Assembly (NCBI GenBank): GCA_043742955.1
Contig: JAYTXL010000446.1
Span: 1-60,535 of the forward strand
DNA from: Verrucomicrobiota bacterium
GTDB taxonomy: Bacteria > Verrucomicrobiota > Verrucomicrobiia > Limisphaerales > JAYTXL01
Length of the DNA stretch: 60,535 nt
Direction: 5' to 3'
The position numbers and the translations under genes are program-made. Below the pieces are notes generated by a model that was given only the letters and a program-made list of their open reading frames with translations, was not told where the DNA came from and searched no databases. Positions 19,526 through 31,742 of this stretch are shown here, one piece after another. Each line of letters starts with the position of its first letter. The first letter of the stretch is position 1.

Positions 19526-19956
19526 ATGTTTTTATCCAAATTTCCGCAGGTAGAGCCACCCGCCAGAACTGCGGAGCAGAAGCCGGCTGTGGGCGGTTCT
19601 CGATGGATATTGGTAGTCGCGTTGGTGTTTTTCCAAGCCGTTCCCCTAGCTCGGGCCCAAGCGCCAGCTATTTCGGCTCAACCCGGAGGTGAGCGGGGCG
19701 GCGCAACTAGGGGTGAGCGAGCCAGTGCGCTTCACGGCGAAGCCGGTGTTCCAAGGCGGCCGCTTGGACCTGTTGCTGGTGGGCCCCGGCGCATGTGGCA
19801 CCCTTGACGCAACCGTTCTACATCGACGCCACGACGAACCTCATTCAATGGCAGACGATCCAAACCATCCTGAGCCCCAACGGCGTCGGGGTGTTCAGTG
19901 ACCCCGACGCCAGTTTATATCCCCGCCGCTTTTACCGGGGCCGAATCACGCCGTAA
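19526..19956 (+). pseudogene. Small secreted protein gene disrupted by two frameshifts
   Basis: Three frames each carry a plausible segment. One has ATG plus a signal peptide (...RWILVVALVFFQAVPLARA/QAP). A second has PVRFTAKPVFQGGRLDLLLVGPG. A third has PFYIDATTNLIQWQTIQTILSPNGVGVFSDPDASLYPRRFYRGRITP-stop, a C-terminal pattern common in PVC secreted proteins. Confidence 0.4.
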
Positions 19957-19962
19957 ATTTTC

Positions 19963-22641
<2,679 letters not shown>

Positions 22642-22680
22642 ACCACCGGGGCGGTTTGCAATCGGCGGTTTGCAATCGGC

Positions 22681-22708
22681 TTGCCCTGTCAGGGCCGGTT
22701 CCTATAAT
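22681..22708 (+). promoter_or_regulatory. Candidate sigma-70 promoter of serS (-35 TTGCCC, 16-nt spacer, -10 TATAAT) predicting a leaderless mRNA
   Basis: TATAAT lies at 22703-22708, 6 nt before the serS ATG (22715). No room remains for a Shine-Dalgarno sequence. Confidence 0.4.
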
Positions 22709-22714
22709 GGCTGA

Positions 22715-24025
22715 ATGTTGGATATCAAATGGATTCGGGAACAGCCGGATTGGGCGCGGCAGCGCCTCGCCACGCGCGGGGCAGGGGATGAGTCCAGGAT
22801 TGCCGAATTGCTTGCCCGCGATGAGCAGCGCCGCCTGCTGCTCGCGGAAGCCGAGACACTGAAGGCGCAACGCAATCGCGTCTCGAAGGAAATCGGCGCG
22901 TTGATGGGGCAAAAAAAGATCACCGAAGCCGAGGTCAAGAAGCTGGAAATGCGCGGGATCGGGGAACAAATAGCGGCGCTCGACCAGCAGGAAAAAGCGG
23001 TGGAAGCGGTGCGCGACGGATTGTTGCTGAGCCTGCCCAATCTTCCGCACGAAAAAGTAGTGATCGGCCGGAGCGCGGAAGACAATCCAGTGGTGCGCGT
23101 TTCGGCGGTGCCCAAAAGGGAATTTGATTTCAAGCCCCAGGCGCACACGCAGATCTGCGAAAAACTGGGGCTGGTTGATTTCGCGCGTGGCACCAAGCTT
23201 TCGGGCAGCGGTTTTCTGCTCTACACGAATTGGGGCGCGAAGCTGGAGCGGGCCTTGATACAATTTCTGCTCGACCTGCACACGGTTGAACACGGTTACA
23301 CCGAGGTGTCGCCGCCCTACGTCGTGAACGCCGATTGCATGACCGGTGTTGGCCAATTTCCAAAGTTCCGCGACCAAGCCTACGCGGTGCAGGCCGGTGA
23401 GGATGTCACGACCATGGGCAAACTCTACCTGGTGCCGACGGCGGAAGCGCCCGTGGCGAACATCCATCGCGAGGAGATTTTGAAGGAGAGCCAGTTGCCG
23501 ATAAAATATTGCGCCTACAGCCCTTGTTTTCGCGCGGAAGCGGGCGCGGCCGGGGTCGGCACGCGCGGCATGATCCGGGTGCACCAGTTTGACAAGGTGG
23601 AGTTGATCAAGATCGTCAAGCCCGAGCACGGCTACGCGGAATTGGAGCAATTGGTGTTGAACGCCGAAGAGGTTCTGAAACGGCTCGGGCTGCATTATCG
23701 AGTGATCCAGTTGTGCACGGGTGACATGGGGTTTGCCAGCGCGATGACGTATGACATCGAGGTGTGGGCACCGGGGCAGGGGGCCTATCTCGAGGTTTCA
23801 AGTTGCTCGAACTGCGAAGATTTTCAGTCGCGGAGAATGCAGCTTCGGTACAAGACCGAGGCGGGTGAAAACAGATTCCCACACTTGCTCAACGGCAGCG
23901 GGACGGCGCTGGCGCGCCTGTTCGTGGCCCTCATTGAAACGTGGCAGGAGGCGGACGGCAGTATTTCGATCCCGCTGCCGCTGCAGTCGTATTTAAAAAC
24001 GGCTCGGATCAAGGCGTGCCCGTGA
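22715..24025 (+). CDS. serS: Seryl-tRNA synthetase
   Basis: N-terminal coiled coil. Class II motifs FRAEAGAAGVGTRGMIRVHQFDKVE and NGSGTALARL. Confidence 0.95.
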   Translation: MLDIKWIREQPDWARQRLATRGAGDESRIAELLARDEQRRLLLAEAETLKAQRNRVSKEIGALMGQKKITEAEVKKLEMRGIGEQIAALDQQEKAVEAVRDGLLLSLPNLPHEKVVIGRSAEDNPVVRVSAVPKREFDFKPQAHTQICEKLGLVDFARGTKLSGSGFLLYTNWGAKLERALIQFLLDLHTVEHGYTEVSPPYVVNADCMTGVGQFPKFRDQAYAVQAGEDVTTMGKLYLVPTAEAPVANIHREEILKESQLPIKYCAYSPCFRAEAGAAGVGTRGMIRVHQFDKVELIKIVKPEHGYAELEQLVLNAEEVLKRLGLHYRVIQLCTGDMGFASAMTYDIEVWAPGQGAYLEVSSCSNCEDFQSRRMQLRYKTEAGENRFPHLLNGSGTALARLFVALIETWQEADGSISIPLPLQSYLKTARIKACP

Positions 24026-24047
24026 CGGAGCGATCCGGGATCAAACC

Positions 24048-25493
24048 ATGAGAATTCTGCTGGCCAGCAGTGAGGTGCATCCCTACTCGAAGACAGGCGG
24101 ACTGGCCGACATGGTCGGGGCGCTGGCCAAGTCCCTGGCGGAGGCCGGACATCAGGTCGGGGTAGTCACGCCGCTCTATCACGGGGTTCAGGAGCGTTTT
24201 CCCCATATCGAACCGATGGACTACCGCCTGTCGGTTCCGCTGGGTCCGGAACTAGTCCAGGCCCGGGTGCGCCGATTGGGGTTGGGCGAGCGACTGACGA
24301 TCTATTTTGTGGATCACCCGGGGTTTTACCACCGGGCCGGGCTCTACCAGGAAAACGGCTCGGATTGTAGCGACAATGCAGCGCGGTTCATCTTCTTCTC
24401 CAAGGCCGTGGCTCACCTGGCGCGTTACCTGCCCTGGCAACCGCAAGTGGTCCATGTGCATGACTGGCAGGCAGGACTGGTTCCATTGTTGATTCTACAC
24501 GAGCGTTTGAGCGGAGGGTGGGGGAATGCGCCGCAGAGTTGTCTGACCATCCATAACCTGGCGTTCCAGGGAAATTTTCCCCGGTCAGATTATGCGCTGA
24601 CCAATCTTCCGGCCGACTATCTGAATCTCCACGGCGTGGAGTTTTACCAGGGCATGAACTGTCTGAAGGCGGGAATTGTTTATGCCGATTCGATCACCAC
24701 CGTCAGCCCTCGCTATGCCCGGGAAATCACAACCGAAGCCTATGGTTGCGGCTTGGATGCGGTTTTGCGCCAGCGCCCGAAGGTGTTGCAGGGAATATTA
24801 AACGGCGTCGATTATGACGAATGGAAGACGACAGATAATCCCTGCCTGCCGCATTCATATTCCGCGCGAAATCTAAAAGGCAAAGCCGAAGCCAAGCGGG
24901 ATTTACAACGCGAGTCTGGGCTGACGGTGGACGCGAACATCCCGTTGTTCGGGAGCGTCACGCGTTTGGCGGATCAAAAAGGGGTGGATATTCAACTGGG
25001 AGCCTTGGAAGAAATGCTGGCGACCGACATGCAGTTTGTGCTCCTGGGCAGCGGTTCGCCCGTTTTTGAGAAAGCTTACCAGGCCATGGCCCAGCGCTTT
25101 CCAGGGAAGGCGGCGGCAAATATTGGCTATGATCACCCGTTGGCGCACCGCATTGAGGCCGGCGCGGATTTCTTTCTGATGCCATCGCGGTTCGAGCCGT
25201 GTGGTTTGAATCAAATGTACAGCCTGCGCTACGGCACCATTCCCATTGTGCGCGCCACGGGCGGGCTGGATGATTCAGTCGTGGATCTGAACGAAGATCC
25301 GGTTCACGCCAACGGGATAAAATTCAACCGGTATTCGGTCGGCGCGTTGGCGAAGGCAATCCGGAAATCGCTGGTGCTCTATGACACTCCAGCGTTGCTG
25401 CGACAGTTTCGCCAGAATGGGATGAAGGTGGATTTTTCCTGGAAGCGCACCTGTGATCAATACCTGCGGGTTTACCAGCCGGCGGCGATTTAA
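24048..25493 (+). CDS. glgA: Glycogen synthase (ADP-glucose type)
   Basis: SEVHPYSKTGGLADMVGAL (KTGGL) and PSRFEPCGLNQMY motifs. Confidence 0.9.
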   Translation: MRILLASSEVHPYSKTGGLADMVGALAKSLAEAGHQVGVVTPLYHGVQERFPHIEPMDYRLSVPLGPELVQARVRRLGLGERLTIYFVDHPGFYHRAGLYQENGSDCSDNAARFIFFSKAVAHLARYLPWQPQVVHVHDWQAGLVPLLILHERLSGGWGNAPQSCLTIHNLAFQGNFPRSDYALTNLPADYLNLHGVEFYQGMNCLKAGIVYADSITTVSPRYAREITTEAYGCGLDAVLRQRPKVLQGILNGVDYDEWKTTDNPCLPHSYSARNLKGKAEAKRDLQRESGLTVDANIPLFGSVTRLADQKGVDIQLGALEEMLATDMQFVLLGSGSPVFEKAYQAMAQRFPGKAAANIGYDHPLAHRIEAGADFFLMPSRFEPCGLNQMYSLRYGTIPIVRATGGLDDSVVDLNEDPVHANGIKFNRYSVGALAKAIRKSLVLYDTPALLRQFRQNGMKVDFSWKRTCDQYLRVYQPAAI

Positions 25494-25629
25494 GGCGCGC
25501 GTGTACTGCGGTATCCTGCGGCCCCTTTTAAATTGAAAATCAAACCACTCCAATCAGCTCTTTAGTGAATATAACAAACATTGTGCGAATAGTATTAATC
25601 GATGCCTTTTGAATTGCGGATGCGGGCTG

Positions 25630-26811
25630 TTAATGGCTCGTCAGCCCGAAGCGGCCGCCGCCCTTTTTCTGATTGGCCAAAAATGGCCAATAAACAAAGC
25701 ACGCCTTCCCGATGACATTTTGGTTGGGAACGTCACCCCAATAGCGCGAATCAAGACTGCTCCGGGTGTTATCGCCCATCACCAAATAGCCATTTTTGGC
25801 CACGGAGTAATCCCGGTTCGGATCACTAAACAACTCGGTGGGCACATGTCCGAAATACTGGTTTTCACCGGCGTGGGGTTCGAAGCTGTAGAGATTCTCA
25901 AACTGCGGCGTCGAGGCGTCGAGGCGCTGGCCATTGATGATGAGGTGTTGATCCCGACCAATCCGAATCTGTTCGCCACCCAGGCCGACCAGTCGTTTGA
26001 TGTAAAACTGATCCTCCGGAACATTTGGATGTTTGATCCCTTTGGTTTCAAACACTACAATTTCTCCGCGGGTTGGTCGTCGGAAATTATAAGTGAGCCG
26101 ATCCACGAAAAGGTGGTCTCCGGTCACCACTTTCAATTTGAGCATGTCTTCACCTTGCCGGAAGGAGTGCGGCACCGGCTCACCGCTGCCGCGCAGGCGC
26201 AAGCCGGCGCGCTCCAGGACGTCGACGTCTGCGGAAAACCAAACAGTGTACCACTTGCTCCCGACGAGAAATCGCTGCTTCTTGACAAACGGCATGACGG
26301 TCTTCGGGGCCTCCACGGCCTCGAGATTTCCGTCCGCTTCGGCGATGACATGAAAGTAGGAAATACCCCGGAACCAGGAATCGACGAATTTATCCAGGCC
26401 AGTCGGCGGGGTGAAGCTGGCATCGTTCGGATGGTTTTCATGCGTGATCCCAAAGAGCGTCGGCTGCATGGATCCCGTGGGTATTTTGAAAGGCTGCAGA
26501 AAAAAAGTACGGATCGCCAGAGCCACGGCCACGGCCACCAGAATCACCTCCACATTTTCGCGCATCGACGCGTGGGGATACGGTTTCAACCATTGGTTGG
26601 CCACCGTTTCCAACTGCTTCATCCGTTCGAGCAAAACGCTCTTTTCATTCTTTTCGCGCAAGGCGATTTTCAGTGCGCCCGTCGACTGGCTGATGGCGGC
26701 GATGGCGGGCGGCGACAAGATATCGCGCTGCGCGTTGAGAATCTTGTTTACCTGGCTGCACAAATCCGTCGCCTGCCGAACCGTGCTGGATAGAAACCAT
26801 CTCAGTATCAT
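25630..26811 (-). CDS. lepB: Signal peptidase I
   Basis: IPTGSMQPTL (catalytic Ser), GDHLFVDR and GDNTRSSLDSRYWG boxes. Trimmed to ATG 26811. Lies directly downstream of lepA. Confidence 0.85.
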   Translation of the reverse strand: MILRWFLSSTVRQATDLCSQVNKILNAQRDILSPPAIAAISQSTGALKIALREKNEKSVLLERMKQLETVANQWLKPYPHASMRENVEVILVAVAVALAIRTFFLQPFKIPTGSMQPTLFGITHENHPNDASFTPPTGLDKFVDSWFRGISYFHVIAEADGNLEAVEAPKTVMPFVKKQRFLVGSKWYTVWFSADVDVLERAGLRLRGSGEPVPHSFRQGEDMLKLKVVTGDHLFVDRLTYNFRRPTRGEIVVFETKGIKHPNVPEDQFYIKRLVGLGGEQIRIGRDQHLIINGQRLDASTPQFENLYSFEPHAGENQYFGHVPTELFSDPNRDYSVAKNGYLVMGDNTRSSLDSRYWGDVPNQNVIGKACFVYWPFLANQKKGGGRFGLTSH

Positions 26812-26854
26812 AACGTAACCCCGCCCCCGGCCTGCGGAATTGAGCCTGGCTGCC

Positions 26855-28645
26855 TCATGCCTTGAGCACCTCAATGAATGCTTCTTGTGGAATGTTCACG
26901 GAGCCGAACGCCTTCATGCGTTTCTTTCCTTCCTTCTGTTTTTCAAGAAGTTTGCGCTTGCGGCTGATGTCACCGCCATAACATTTCGCAGTCACATCTT
27001 TCCGCATGGCGCTCACGGTTTCCCGCGCCACAATCTTGCCACCGATGGCCGCCTGGATGGCGACCTGAAATTGCTGGGTGGGAATGACCTCCTTCAACTT
27101 CGCGGCCAGCGCCCGGCCCCTGCCCTCCGCCTTGTCGCGATGGACGATGCACGAAAAGGCGTCCACCGACTCCCCGTTCACCAGCATGTCCAACTTCACC
27201 ATTTCCGACTCCAGATAGTCGGCATATTCATAATCCATCGACCCAAATCCGCGCGTGGTGCTTTTGATGCGATCATGAAAATCAATCAGGATCTCGTTCA
27301 GGGGGGTCAGGCTGGTCAGCATTACGCGTCGCGAGTCCAGCGTTTCCGTGTGATCCACCACGCCGCGTTTCTCGGAGATCAAAGCCATCATGTCGCCAAT
27401 GTATTCGTTCGGGCAAATCACGAAGGTTTTCACCATCGGCTCCTCGATCTTCAGAATGAAATTCGCCTCCGGCAAATAGGCTGGGTTATCGATCTCCTTG
27501 ACCGAGCCATCCGTCATCGTGACGCGATACACCACGCTCGGATACGTGGCGATGATGTCCATATTGTACTCGCGCCGCAGCCGTTCCTGGACGATTTCCA
27601 AATGGAGCAGGCCCAGGAATCCGCAACGGAAACCGAAGCCCAGGGCCACGGAGCTTTCCGGTTGATACACGAACGCCGAGTCATTCAATTGCAGCTTGCC
27701 CAGGTTTGCTTTGAGATGTTCGTAATCCGAAGTGTTAATCGGGTAAATCCCGCTGAACACCATTGGATGAATTTCCTTGAAACCCGGCAGCACCGGCGAT
27801 GGCGTCCGCGCATCGGTCACTGTGTCACCCATCTTAACCTCTTTCGGGCTTTTAATGTTCGCGGTGAAATAGCCGGTCTCACCGACCTGCAACCGGTCGC
27901 GGACATAAGGTTTGGGATTAAAGCTGCCGACTTCTTTCACCTCCACATTCTTGCCCGAATGCAGCAGCTTGACGGTCATGCCCGCCTTCAATTCGCCATT
28001 GAAAATCCGCACGTGCGTCACCACCCCTTTGTACGTGTCGAAATAGGAATCAAACGCGAGTGCCTGCAAGGACTTTTCTCCCGTCGGTTTCGGGGCTGGA
28101 ATGCGCGCCACGATCGCCTCCAGGATATCCTCGATCCCGATCCCCTCTTTGGCGCTGGCGGAAATTGCGGTCTCGCCCGGGATTGCCAAGATGTCTTCCA
28201 TCTGGGTTTTGGTCAGCGGAACATTGGCGTGCGGAAGATCAATCTTGTTGATGACCGGAATGATCGTCAGCTCCTGTTTCATCGCCAGGTGCACGTTTGC
28301 CACGGTCTGCGCTTCCACTCCTTGCGCCGCGTCAATGATGAGCAATGCCCCCTCACAGGCCGCCAGACTGCGCGACACTTCATAGGAAAAATCCACATGT
28401 CCCGGTGTATCGATCAGGTTCAGCTCGTAGGTCTCTCCGTTCCTTGCCTGATAAAGCATCGTGACCGGATGGGCCTTGATCGTGATGCCACGCTCCCGTT
28501 CCAAGTCCATGGAGTCAAGCAACTGCGCTTCCATATCCCGCGTGGCGATGGTGCCAGTGCGGTGGAGGAGCCGGTCGGAAAGCGTCGTCTTTCCGTGGTC
28601 AATGTGGGCAATGATGCTGAAATTTCTAATATGCGCTGCGTCCAT
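26855..28645 (-). CDS. lepA: Translation elongation factor 4 (LepA)
   Basis: IIAHIDHGKTTL, DTPGHVDF and NKID G-motifs, plus the LepA C-terminal YGGDISRKRKLLEKQKEGKKRMK. Trimmed to ATG 28645. Confidence 0.95.
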   Translation of the reverse strand: MDAAHIRNFSIIAHIDHGKTTLSDRLLHRTGTIATRDMEAQLLDSMDLERERGITIKAHPVTMLYQARNGETYELNLIDTPGHVDFSYEVSRSLAACEGALLIIDAAQGVEAQTVANVHLAMKQELTIIPVINKIDLPHANVPLTKTQMEDILAIPGETAISASAKEGIGIEDILEAIVARIPAPKPTGEKSLQALAFDSYFDTYKGVVTHVRIFNGELKAGMTVKLLHSGKNVEVKEVGSFNPKPYVRDRLQVGETGYFTANIKSPKEVKMGDTVTDARTPSPVLPGFKEIHPMVFSGIYPINTSDYEHLKANLGKLQLNDSAFVYQPESSVALGFGFRCGFLGLLHLEIVQERLRREYNMDIIATYPSVVYRVTMTDGSVKEIDNPAYLPEANFILKIEEPMVKTFVICPNEYIGDMMALISEKRGVVDHTETLDSRRVMLTSLTPLNEILIDFHDRIKSTTRGFGSMDYEYADYLESEMVKLDMLVNGESVDAFSCIVHRDKAEGRGRALAAKLKEVIPTQQFQVAIQAAIGGKIVARETVSAMRKDVTAKCYGGDISRKRKLLEKQKEGKKRMKAFGSVNIPQEAFIEVLKA

Positions 28646-29014
28646 CGTACAAATACAATTCCGGATGCGGCGGAGGAATCTGGTTGTGATCCCTGCCCCG
28701 CATTCCAAGGCGACAGAAGATAGCGGCGTTCCCCATGAAGAAAAGGGGAAAGTTTTCTGCAGTTTTTGGCTTGTCCCAATTTGGAGCATTTCGGCTTGGC
28801 GCTGACTGCGTTCAGCGAGTAAGTGCCGCCGAGCGGGCATCGGGGCCGCCTGTGAATGTACAAGTTGGTGGCGCAGATGTCGCTGCATACCGGAACCGCC
28901 GTGGGTAGTTGCTTGGCGTCCACCGCCCATTGCTGCTTCGCTTGGTCAATTCCCTTTTGTTGAAGTCTTCGTTGTCATTGCTCCTGATTAATCCGTGCCA
29001 ACCAAGCTGCGTAA

Positions 29015-29263
29015 CTACGGATAAAGATCTCCGGGCCGTCTGGATCCGCGCCGTGCATCATCGAAAAACCCAAACGGCCAGCACCAGCTCTGCCGCAATT
29101 CGTCTCGGGTTGGCTGGTTCCACGGCCGCTCGGACACATGGGTCGTGTCCACCGTGGTGCATCCACCCAGCACGATCAATCCGCAGCCGGCCATCAATTT
29201 GGCCAGGCACACATGAATTCTCGACTTTCGGCGTCGGCGCAAAACTGTCTCAATCCTAGACAT
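29015..29263 (-). CDS. Possible small lipoprotein
   Basis: MSRIETVLRRRRKSRIHVCLAKLMAGCGLIVLGGCTT contains a lipobox-like LGGC. No family recognised. This could be a spurious ORF. Confidence 0.3.
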   Translation of the reverse strand: MSRIETVLRRRRKSRIHVCLAKLMAGCGLIVLGGCTTVDTTHVSERPWNQPTRDELRQSWCWPFGFFDDARRGSRRPGDLYP

Positions 29264-29539
29264 GGAGATCCGCCGATGATCAGGCCGGAACCTTGCGGGA
29301 TTCATCGGGCATGGCTTCGAATATAGGCCGCGAGGCCGGTTTTGTCGAGCCGCCTGGGTGCGAGTTGTGGAGCGGCATTTCCCGTGGACGGAGCGCCGAG
29401 TACCAGCTCGGCATGGATTCCCTCGTCGCGCGAACTGCCACGCTGGTGAGCGGTGCTCCGTTCACGCCACAAAGCGTGCTGGTTATCTGGCTGCGGTTTG
29501 CGGTGGTCAGAAGTCAGTCGCCGGGATTAAATCAACTCC

Positions 29540-30061
29540 ATGAGCGAAGAAATCTTCGATATCGTCAACGATCTGGACGAAGTCATCGGCCAGCAACCGC
29601 GCCGGGAGGTGCATCGACTGGGCTTGCGACATCGGGCGGTGCATGTGCTGGTGTTTAACGCACGCGGTGAGCTTTTCCTCCAAAAACGATCGATGAGCAA
29701 GGATACCTTTCCCGGCGCGTGGGATTCCTCCGCCTCCGGGCATTTGGACAGCGGGGAGACGTATGACGTGTGTGCGCTGCGGGAGCTGCGCGAAGAGATC
29801 GGGCTGACCTTGAGCGCACCGCTGGAGAAGTTGTTCAAAATCGATGCGTGCCCGGATACGGGCCAGGAATTTGTCTGGGTCTACCGCTGCCAATCCGAAG
29901 GTCCCTTCACGCTGCACCCGGAGGAAATTGAACGCGGCGGTTGGTTTACGCCCGGCGAAGTCACGCGCTGGATGTCCGAAAGCCCGCAGGATTTCGCCAC
30001 CGCGCTAATTTTGATTTGGTCTAGCATGATCCGACTTACGTCGGATGCTACTCCCGGCTGA
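29540..30061 (+). CDS. NUDIX hydrolase
   Basis: Nudix box GHLDSGETYDVCALRELREEIGL. Confidence 0.8.
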   Translation: MSEEIFDIVNDLDEVIGQQPRREVHRLGLRHRAVHVLVFNARGELFLQKRSMSKDTFPGAWDSSASGHLDSGETYDVCALRELREEIGLTLSAPLEKLFKIDACPDTGQEFVWVYRCQSEGPFTLHPEEIERGGWFTPGEVTRWMSESPQDFATALILIWSSMIRLTSDATPG

Positions 30062-30064
30062 CAA

Positions 30065-30832
30065 CTACGGCCGTCCCAGTGTTCGCACCGCTCCAGCGGG
30101 ATCCAAAGCCGCCAGCAGACCGAGGGTGTCGCGTCCCACACAGATGCGGACATCATCGCGCAGTTCGGGAATCGCCAGCAACCGGCGGGCATTGCGGGAA
30201 TATCGCATCGCCGCCAGCAGATCATCCTGCGCGGCACGATAAATCTGGCGTGCCATGGCGACCGCGTCACTCCCCTGCCCTGCACCAATGCCGGAAAAAA
30301 TCAATTCACAAAGCGCTCCCGCTGCCACTGTGTCCTCGTACGCCGCTTCCTCGTGGGTCCCGCTGCACACGATCCGCAGATCCGCCGGTTGCTCGCGTTG
30401 CAGCCAGCCGGCCAGGGCACCCATATTTAAAAAGCTACCGATCAACACTTTTTCCGCTCCGACACAAGCCCGCAAGGCGCGTGTGCCGTTCGTGGTGGTC
30501 ACCACAATGGTTCTGCCCCGCACCATTTCCGACGTGAATTCACGAGGCGAATTACCCAAATCAAAGTCCACGCCGCCACTCAAACGCGTCCGGATGCGCA
30601 GTCCGTCACGCTCGCCCGCCAGCAACAGGTCGGGCCGCTGCTGGCGCAGGGCCACGGCCTCCGCAATTTCACTCACGGGAATGATCGCCTCGGCGCCATT
30701 CGCGAGGGCGGTCACCATGGTTGTGGTGGCGCGCAGAATATCGAACACCACGCACACGGTGCCGCTGAGATCGCACTGCCGCAGCGCCGCGAACTCGGCC
30801 GGAGTGAAAAGCACATCAACATTTGTCGGCAT
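30065..30832 (-). CDS. comB: 2-phosphosulfolactate phosphatase (ComB) family protein
   Basis: VVFDILRATTTMV and LLAGERDGL blocks, with a length typical of the ComB family. Confidence 0.75.
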   Translation of the reverse strand: MPTNVDVLFTPAEFAALRQCDLSGTVCVVFDILRATTTMVTALANGAEAIIPVSEIAEAVALRQQRPDLLLAGERDGLRIRTRLSGGVDFDLGNSPREFTSEMVRGRTIVVTTTNGTRALRACVGAEKVLIGSFLNMGALAGWLQREQPADLRIVCSGTHEEAAYEDTVAAGALCELIFSGIGAGQGSDAVAMARQIYRAAQDDLLAAMRYSRNARRLLAIPELRDDVRICVGRDTLGLLAALDPAGAVRTLGRP

Positions 30833-30850
30833 GTCTGGAAGCGTTGGGGT

Positions 30851-31741
30851 TCAATTGGCTTTTGACGTTGCGCGCGCGGATCGGTTTTCCATCACGCGCA
30901 CATAGTGAAACAAATACTGCTGGGCGTAGCCCGCTTGCGAACCAAAATACGTGGCGGCGAAATGTTGCAGCCGCTTCAAACTCGGACGGCGGCGGGAAAA
31001 ATAGAGCTGGCGCAACGCTTTCATCACCCAGACATCCACCGGAAACGCCTCGGGGAAACCGTAGGCGAAGAGGAGGACGCAATCCGCGATCTTCCGCCCC
31101 ACGCCAGGAAATTTCAAAAGTTCGGCGCGCGCCTGATCGCACCTCAGGTCGTGGAGGGAATTCAGTTTTGCTTCGCCGCGCACGAGCATTTGCGCAGTCG
31201 CGCGAAGATACGGCGCGCGAAAACCCATTTTGCAGGCGCGCAACTCGGCTTCGCTGCAAGCGGCAATTCGTTCGATACGGGGAAATGCGCGGACCGCTTC
31301 CGTGGCCGTCGGCGTAGCGACCGGTTCTCCAAAGCGTTCACAAAGCAGCGTAATGATTTGCCGGATTTGCACGATTTGCTTGGTCGAGGAAAGGATGAAC
31401 GAAGCCAGGCATTCCCATGGCTCCTGGCGCAGCAGCCGCAGCCCGCGGCAGGCCGTCGTGGCGGCCCGCAGCGGGGCATCGTCCGGAAAGGCCGCCAGCA
31501 CCCGGGACAAATCGACCTCCAATTGCAGATAATCCAGGAGCCACCGCCAGTCTCCGGCGGGCGCGCAGGTGTCCGCCTCGATCTGGTCCCCGACGGAACG
31601 CAGGCGAACCCAGCGGTTGCCGATGACGCCCTCCCATCCCCGGCCCGACGGACGCCACCGAAAAGCCTGGCCAGAAGCGAGCGTGGTCGCGAGGTCGTAG
31701 TCGCGCACCGGGAAAATCCGCTGACTAGGGGTGTCGGACAT
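30851..31741 (-). CDS. 8-oxoguanine DNA glycosylase / AP lyase (OGG1-type, HhH-GPD)
   Basis: N-terminal LASGQAFRW, and HhH-GPD LLKFPGVGRKIADCVLLF...PVDVWV with the catalytic Lys and Asp. Confidence 0.8.
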   Translation of the reverse strand: MSDTPSQRIFPVRDYDLATTLASGQAFRWRPSGRGWEGVIGNRWVRLRSVGDQIEADTCAPAGDWRWLLDYLQLEVDLSRVLAAFPDDAPLRAATTACRGLRLLRQEPWECLASFILSSTKQIVQIRQIITLLCERFGEPVATPTATEAVRAFPRIERIAACSEAELRACKMGFRAPYLRATAQMLVRGEAKLNSLHDLRCDQARAELLKFPGVGRKIADCVLLFAYGFPEAFPVDVWVMKALRQLYFSRRRPSLKRLQHFAATYFGSQAGYAQQYLFHYVRVMENRSARATSKAN

Positions 31742-31742
31742 G

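Noticed and set aside
19060-19539. Upstream 160 codons of ORF 18775-19539, fused to the antitoxin
   Set aside because: This part runs through the 132-bp inverted-repeat element and AT-rich DNA with no protein-like features. DUF1778 antitoxins are about 90 aa.
25494-25629. Unusually AT-rich 136-bp spacer between the convergent glgA and lepB genes
   Set aside because: It contains no hairpin, repeat or ORF. It is most simply a convergent 3' UTR or termination zone, and I have no specific signal to report.
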